Source: Acidobacteriota bacterium
Lineage (GTDB): Bacteria; Acidobacteriota; UBA6911; RPQK01; JAJDTT01
Assembly (NCBI GenBank): GCA_965218775.1
Contig: CBDCLS010000004.1
Span: 983,890-1,047,889 of the forward strand
Reading direction: 5' to 3'
Length of the DNA: 64,000 bases
Positions 58,943-64,000 of this stretch are shown here, one piece after another. Every line of letters starts with the position of its first letter. The first letter of the stretch is position 1. The notes under the pieces are model-generated. The model searched no databases. It was not told the origin of the DNA and saw nothing but the letters and a program-made list of their open reading frames with translations. The position numbers and the translations under genes are program-made.

Positions 58943-59549
58943 GTTTACCTACCTCGTCGCCTCCGTCCTTTTCAGCTGACTGGAGCTCCTGGAGTGAGTC
59001 AGTGTAATCCTGGAAGGGGAGGGTCAAGATGTGAGAGTCGAATCGACCCAGAAGATCCTCCTGAAAGAATCTGATTCCTTGCGTCGTTCTGGACCTCAAA
59101 TGGTGCAACCAGATCCACTGCTTGTAAGCCTCTCCGGAAAGCCGGTCCGCCTTTTCAACCAGGGCAAGAGCGGCTGGATGAGAGGGACTCAATGCCGACA
59201 GCTCGGATCCGAAAACATTCACCATGAGGGAGACGAAGGCAAACAGCACCGAGACTGCAAAGGCATGCCTGGTAGAGAACACAGAAGGAGTCAGACGACC
59301 GAGGAGAGCGGGCCAAAAAGCAGGAGGCTTGCTGCCAGAAGTCCGGTCGAGGATTCGATGCACCAGCCTGTCCGGCAGATCCAGTGCTGGCGAGGATCGC
59401 AACTCTTCCCGGATCTGTCGAACCTCCTCCAGTAGGGAGGAGCAGTTGAGACAGCCGCGCAGGTGCGCCGTCGCTCTGGATCGGGTGTCGTGATCGAGGG
59501 CGCCCTCGAGGTAGTCTGAAAGTAGCACCTCAAAACTAGAGCAGTTCAT
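58935..59549 (-). CDS. anti-sigma factor with a zinc-finger (ZAS, HxxxCxxC) motif and a transmembrane segment
   Basis: The N-terminus carries HLRGCLNC, which is the zf-HC2 pattern. It lies immediately downstream of, and overlapping, the ECF sigma gene. Confidence 0.6.
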   Translation of the reverse strand: MNCSSFEVLLSDYLEGALDHDTRSRATAHLRGCLNCSSLLEEVRQIREELRSSPALDLPDRLVHRILDRTSGSKPPAFWPALLGRLTPSVFSTRHAFAVSVLFAFVSLMVNVFGSELSALSPSHPAALALVEKADRLSGEAYKQWIWLHHLRSRTTQGIRFFQEDLLGRFDSHILTLPFQDYTDSLQELQSAEKDGGDEVGKHE

Positions 59550-60105
59550 GGAGCTGCCTCTTCCTCAGAATCCCGGCCAGTCGGACTCGGCCCCGGTTGA
59601 TGCGCGACTTGACCGTCCCCTCGGGAATGTTCACGAGCTCCGCGATCTCATGGTAGGTCAGGTCCTCGATGTCTCGGAGGATGACCGCTTCCTTCAGCTC
59701 CAGCGGTAGCTCCTGTAGGGCCGACTCGAGTAGTTTTCCTTGTTCCTTGGTGTGCATGGCCTTGAAGGGATGGATTCGGGTGGATTTCGTTTCGGGTACG
59801 CCGGGTTCGTCGAGGGGAACCTCCTCCTTTTCACGTCTGTGGGCACGCCAGTAATCAACGATGTGGTTTCGGCCAACCGACATGATCCAGCTCTGGAAGG
59901 AACCGCGGCCTGAAGCAAAGCGAGAAAGGTTCTGGTAGACCTTCAGAAAGATGTCCTGGGTGAGTTCTTCAGCTACTGCATGATTGCCAGTGTAACGATG
60001 AGCCATGTTCAGGATCTTTCGACCATGAGTTCTAATCAGTTGTTCCCACGCCAGCGGATCTTTGCTCAGGCAAAGCTGAACCAGTTTCGCGTCTGATTCT
60101 TCCAA
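59536..60105 (-). CDS. ECF-type RNA polymerase sigma-70 factor
   Basis: The region 2 sequence IVDYWRAHRRE and the region 4 HTH TYHEIAELVNIPEGTVKSRINRGR are present. Confidence 0.85.
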   Translation of the reverse strand: MEESDAKLVQLCLSKDPLAWEQLIRTHGRKILNMAHRYTGNHAVAEELTQDIFLKVYQNLSRFASGRGSFQSWIMSVGRNHIVDYWRAHRREKEEVPLDEPGVPETKSTRIHPFKAMHTKEQGKLLESALQELPLELKEAVILRDIEDLTYHEIAELVNIPEGTVKSRINRGRVRLAGILRKRQLHELL

Positions 60106-60320
60106 CTAGGTGCCTACCTCGAAATAGGAGTGCTTCCGGGGAGCTGAGTACTTCGGGTGCCGGACGATCTCCCAAGGACCTCGTTCCTGTCACCTCGTTC
60201 CCAGTCTTGCCCTTCCCCAAAGTGGAACGTTCTCGAAGGGAGCACCAAGCTCGTTTTGCATCTGAAGGTGTCAACGAGGTAAGAACCGAAAAAGTTCAAT
60301 GCTTTCTTAGTTCATTCCAA

Positions 60321-61997
60321 TCAGCCGCCATTTTGACCTCGAGCAAGCACGATGTCGCTGTCGGTGACGATGGTGTTCATCGCTCTTTGAAGATGCATCA
60401 CAGCCAGTTGATAGTCGATTTGGGCTCTCAACTCCTGAACCTGGGCTTCCGCCAGGTCCCGCTGATAGGTCAAGAGCTCGAAGTTATTGGACAGTCCCGC
60501 CTCAAAGCGACGGGTCTCCAGGTCTAGCTGCTCTCCGGAAAGCTGGAGCGCCAGGCGGGCTACTTCCAACTGCTTTTTCTGGGTGGTGATGCTTTCAAAG
60601 GCGTTGCGAACCTCCTCGACGATCAACATCTGCTGGCTCTTGAGTTGACTACGCAGCTGACGTTCGGCGATGGCGGTCCTTGCCAGATCGCCTTCATTGA
60701 CTCGATTGCGCAAGGGAATGGTCACTTCCACGCCTACGCCGTAGTCGATGAAATCGAAGCCGAGCGCCCGGGAGACAGAAGTTCCGAGATTACCTGAGAA
60801 GGGATGATCGGGATCGGGCTCGCGGGCAAGCGCCCCCAGAAAGTCGACATTCCTGAACGTCTGTCCCGAGGTTCCCACGGAGCCGATGTTAGCGCGAAGA
60901 TTGACCCGGGGCTTCCCTACGTTCTTGTAGAAGTCGTAGTCGACCTGGTTCTTCTCCAGCTGGAGACGAATCCGCTCCAGCTCGGGTCGGCTCGCGAAAG
61001 CGTTCTTAATCGCGTCCTTCAAAGTCATCTCCACATCTCGAACCTCGGGTCGGTCGGTGGGGATCAGTGTCAGGCTCCACATCGACGCATTGGGATCTGG
61101 TGCCAGCAACCGCTTGAGTGCGTTCTGGTAACGGATGATCTGGACTTCCGACTGGATAACCGTCTTCTCTCGGGTCGATACCTCGGTGCGGGAGCGGCTG
61201 ACCTCGATGGGAGCCAGGATCCCGATGTTAACCCGCTTCTTGTTGTCTCGGTGCTGCAGGATCGCCAGTTCTCGGGACTGTCTCCGAATCTCGTGGTCGT
61301 TGATGGCGGAGACCAACTCCCAGTACTGTTCCTGGACCTGCTGGATGATTCCAGTGACCCTTTCCTTAAACTGGCCATCGTCGATTCGACGATCGAGGTT
61401 GTAGAGCTTCAACTGGTGCTCGGTTTGGGTCTTTCGGAAGCCCCTCCACAAAGGCTGCGTGAAGGAGAAGTCCGAGGTCGACCAATAGTTGGGATTGATC
61501 GTGGAGAAGAGACTATTGTTTGATCTTCGACTGTTGTTGAACTGAAACTCGAAGGCACCACCACCCGGAACCTGCTGGCTGATCGAAGAGGTCAGTCCCA
61601 GGTTCTTGGAGCTGGAAGTTGTGATACCACGGCCCGCCTCCAGGATGCTGATGGCGGGGAACTCACGCGAGTCCCAACGAGCACCGAAGCTGAACTGGGG
61701 GTCGTAGAAACCCTCGGCGGAGGTGATCAGCTCTCGAGTGATCCCTTCGTTGTAATCCTCGATCGCAATCTCGAGGTTGTTGCTAAGGGCCAGTCTGACC
61801 GCATCCTTGATTCCCAGCTCGAGAAACCCTCCCTGGCGACGAACCTGATCAACCCAGGGGAAACTCTCAGCGAACTCTTCTTCGGGGTCCTCCGCAGCTG
61901 GATCGGGGTCGCGTGGGGCCTGCCCCCAGCAAAGAGGGCCAGCAAAGAAGACTGGCAATAGCAGAGCAAAGACGAGCTCGCGGATCGGCTTCTTCAT
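60321..61997 (-). CDS. TolC-like outer-membrane efflux protein
   Basis: It has two repeated halves with coiled-coil-rich periplasmic segments. It has a signal peptide MKKPIRELVFALLLPVFFAG (start is the complement of 61995-61997, with a GGAG ribosome-binding site). Confidence 0.7.
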   Translation of the reverse strand: MKKPIRELVFALLLPVFFAGPLCWGQAPRDPDPAAEDPEEEFAESFPWVDQVRRQGGFLELGIKDAVRLALSNNLEIAIEDYNEGITRELITSAEGFYDPQFSFGARWDSREFPAISILEAGRGITTSSSKNLGLTSSISQQVPGGGAFEFQFNNSRRSNNSLFSTINPNYWSTSDFSFTQPLWRGFRKTQTEHQLKLYNLDRRIDDGQFKERVTGIIQQVQEQYWELVSAINDHEIRRQSRELAILQHRDNKKRVNIGILAPIEVSRSRTEVSTREKTVIQSEVQIIRYQNALKRLLAPDPNASMWSLTLIPTDRPEVRDVEMTLKDAIKNAFASRPELERIRLQLEKNQVDYDFYKNVGKPRVNLRANIGSVGTSGQTFRNVDFLGALAREPDPDHPFSGNLGTSVSRALGFDFIDYGVGVEVTIPLRNRVNEGDLARTAIAERQLRSQLKSQQMLIVEEVRNAFESITTQKKQLEVARLALQLSGEQLDLETRRFEAGLSNNFELLTYQRDLAEAQVQELRAQIDYQLAVMHLQRAMNTIVTDSDIVLARGQNGG

Positions 61998-62529
61998 AGT
62001 GGGCTCCTTGGTTTCGGGTTTCTGGACATTTCTGGACGAAGAGGTTTCCGGAAGAAAAACGGCACACTTCAACCGATGGAAACGTAGAAAGAGTAGGCGT
62101 GCAGGTGGCTCCGACGAACCAGTCCATTGATTTCTCCCCAGGGGATTTTGGTACTTTGACAACTTCCGGCGCCTCGCTAGCCTCGATTTCCACGGCAGTA
62201 CAAATGACGCCTTTCCGCTTCGAGCCCCCCGCCAGAATCCTTGATCGGCGCGACTTGCGCCTGCTGTGTTTCCACCTACGTTAGTAAATAGAAGTACCTA
62301 TTTGGATAGAGAGGTAATCCTATACCTAAAACCTGATCAAGGGACGATCCCCACGCGAATGCTAGAAAAGTCTGGATATGAGGCAGAATAGAACCCTATC
62401 AAAGGCTGAGCATTTTCTGTCATTCATATCTAGTATAGTTATAGTTTGGAATACAGTAATCGGAATGGACTAACTAATGACACCCGACCGACCGTTCCGG
62501 AGGCCCAATTCTTCCTGGCCCCCGAATCG

Positions 62530-64000
62530 CCTCTGCAGCGCCAGTATGAGGCCTTGCGCTGCTTTTTCGTCGAAGGCTTGCCCTCGCAGCAGGTCGCCAC
62601 TCGCTTCGGCTATTCCCCAGGAGCCTTCCGCGTCCTCTGTCATCAGTTTCGCCATGATCTCAGCAAGCGCGCCCGCTTCTTTCAGGCGATTCGCCGGGGG
62701 CCTCAAGCGGCGCCCGCCCGCGATCGGGTGCGGGAACGGGCCGTCGCCCTGCGCAAGCGAAACCTCTCGGTCTACGATATCCAACGCGAGTTGGCCGCCG
62801 CCGGCCATTCCATCAGCATCAATGCGTTATCGATCCTGCTGCGAGAGGAGGGCTTCGCCCGACTGCCCCGGCGTCGGGATGAGCAACGCCCCGCCACCCT
62901 CAAGCCCGAAGCAGCAGCCATCGCCGACGTGCGGCAGATCAATCTGGCCCCGCGCAGCTTTCGCACCCGGGTCGGCGGTCTGTTTCTGTTCGTCCCGCTG
63001 ATGCGATCGATCGATCTCGGGGCGGTGCTGCAGCCCCCCCGCCTTCCCGGCTCCCAAATGATTCCCGCCGAGCAGGCCGTGCGCACCCTGCTGGCTCTGA
63101 AGCTGCTGGGCATCGAAAGAAAAAGTCATGTCATGGATCGGGTCTTTGACGAGGGCATCGCCCTTTTTGCCGGTCTCAATGTGGTGCCCAAGCGCTCCTA
63201 CCTGGCCGCCTACAGCTCCCGGGTCGACCGACGCGCCAACCTGCGCCTCATGGGAGCCTGGTTTGAGCAGGTCCAAGCCGCCGGCCTGCCCCGGGGCTCT
63301 TCCTTCGATCTGGACTTTCACACCGTCCCCGCCAATAGCCAGCAGGAACCTTTGGACAAACACTATGTCTCTTCCCGCAGCCGCAGCCAAAAAGGCATCC
63401 TCGTTTTTTTGGCTCGGGACGCCACCGAGCGTGTCTTATGCTACGCCAATGCGGGTGTCCCCCGGGCCGATCGAGCCGACGAGGTGCAACGCTTCGTCCA
63501 GTTCTGGCACCAACACAGCGGTCAGCCTCCGGCCGAACTCGTCTTCGATTCCCAGTTGACCACCTATGCTCATCTGAACCGCCTCAACCAACAGGGCATT
63601 GGCTTTATCACCCTGCGCCGCCGCTCCCAAAAAATGCTGGGCCAGATCTGGAGCCGCCCCGCCTCCGCCTGGCACCGCATCACCTTACCCGCCCTGACTC
63701 GGATCTTTCGCACCCCCAAAGTCCTGGACCAGCGGATCGTCCTGAAACATTACGAAGGTCCCCTGCGCCAGCTCACCCTCATGGAACTCGGTCACGAAGA
63801 ACCGACCGTCCTACTGACCAACCATCTGCGCCGCGCCCCCTCGACTCTGATCACCCGCTATGCCCAACGCATGCTCATCGAAAATGGCATCTCCGAAGCC
63901 ATCCAGTTCTTTCACCTGGACGCGCTCTCTTCGATGGTGGGACTCAAAGTGGATTTTGACCTCCAGATCACCCTCATGGCCAGCTCCCTATATCGACTCA
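62530..64000 (+). CDS. putative transposase (DDE-type, IS4/IS1634-like), partial. It continues past the window end and its start is unresolved.
   Basis: One long + frame has coherent composition and an HTH-like N-terminus (QYEALRCFFVEGLPSQQVATRFGYSPGAFR). It is preceded by an unusually AT-rich segment at 62280-62470. There is no in-frame ATG near the frame opening, so the start may be TTG or involve a frameshift from the ATG at 62477. Confidence 0.45.

Noticed and set aside
60804-61523. 239-aa plus-strand ORF
   Set aside because: It is antisense to the TolC-like gene. It is Leu/Asp/Val-rich mirror composition.
62477-63001. 174-aa ORF starting at ATG 62477, and minus ORFs 62772..63113 and 62827..63390
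   Set aside because: They have Pro/Ser/Ala/Arg-rich low-complexity translations. A different plus frame over the same DNA gives a coherent transposase-like protein.

Overview
This is a GC-rich (~60-65%) bacterial chromosomal segment. It encodes many Tat or Sec-signal periplasmic enzymes and one DUF1549/DUF1553 (PSCyt2/PSD1) protein. That gene content is typical of Acidobacteria, Planctomycetes or Verrucomicrobia-like genomes. No rRNA, tRNA or CRISPR array was recognised.

Housekeeping and accessory genes I can support:
- Secreted redox and catabolic enzymes: an FMN-dependent alpha-hydroxy-acid dehydrogenase, a tetrahaem cytochrome c, a PhyH dioxygenase, an HpcH-type aldolase and a D-2-hydroxyacid dehydrogenase.
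- Transport, cofactor and sugar metabolism: a PiT permease, LipA, two GT4 glycosyltransferases and a phosphotriesterase-family hydrolase.
- Further periplasmic enzymes: a YVTN beta-propeller/di-haem peroxidase fusion, an RraA-like protein, an amidohydrolase-2 and a creatininase-family protein.
- A 1099-aa protein combining a glycoside-hydrolase-like propeller, a LamG-like domain and BNR (Asp-box) sialidase-like repeats.
- A TolC-like outer-membrane protein.
- An ECF sigma / anti-sigma / DUF4097 envelope module.

The window is unusually rich in mobile and repetitive DNA:
- Two DDE IS elements with exact 9-bp target duplications. One sits in a divergent promoter region; the other precisely splits a DUF4097 lipoprotein gene.
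- An IS110-family element lying next to a REP-like repeat.
- A partial transposase running off the 3' end.
- A ~280-bp palindromic MITE-like family (3 copies plus a fragment).
- A perfect 41-bp inverted-repeat element upstream of lipA.
- Two dispersed REP-like repeat families.

A 4.7-kb toxin-antitoxin island spans roughly 24.0-28.75 kb. It holds DUF4160/DUF2442, a ParE with an in-frame TGA beside an intact antitoxin, an intact antitoxin-ParE pair, a BrnT/BrnA-like pair and a decayed duplicate TA remnant. It also holds an unassignable gene flanked by related hairpins.

Two low-GC islands stand out against the local background. One is a single LURP-one/scramblase-like gene. The other is a two-gene cassette of unknown function, which sits beside a truncated atoE-like gene and a large AT-rich inverted repeat. 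I rank that cassette and the hairpin-flanked hypothetical gene in the TA island as the best candidates for an undescribed system.
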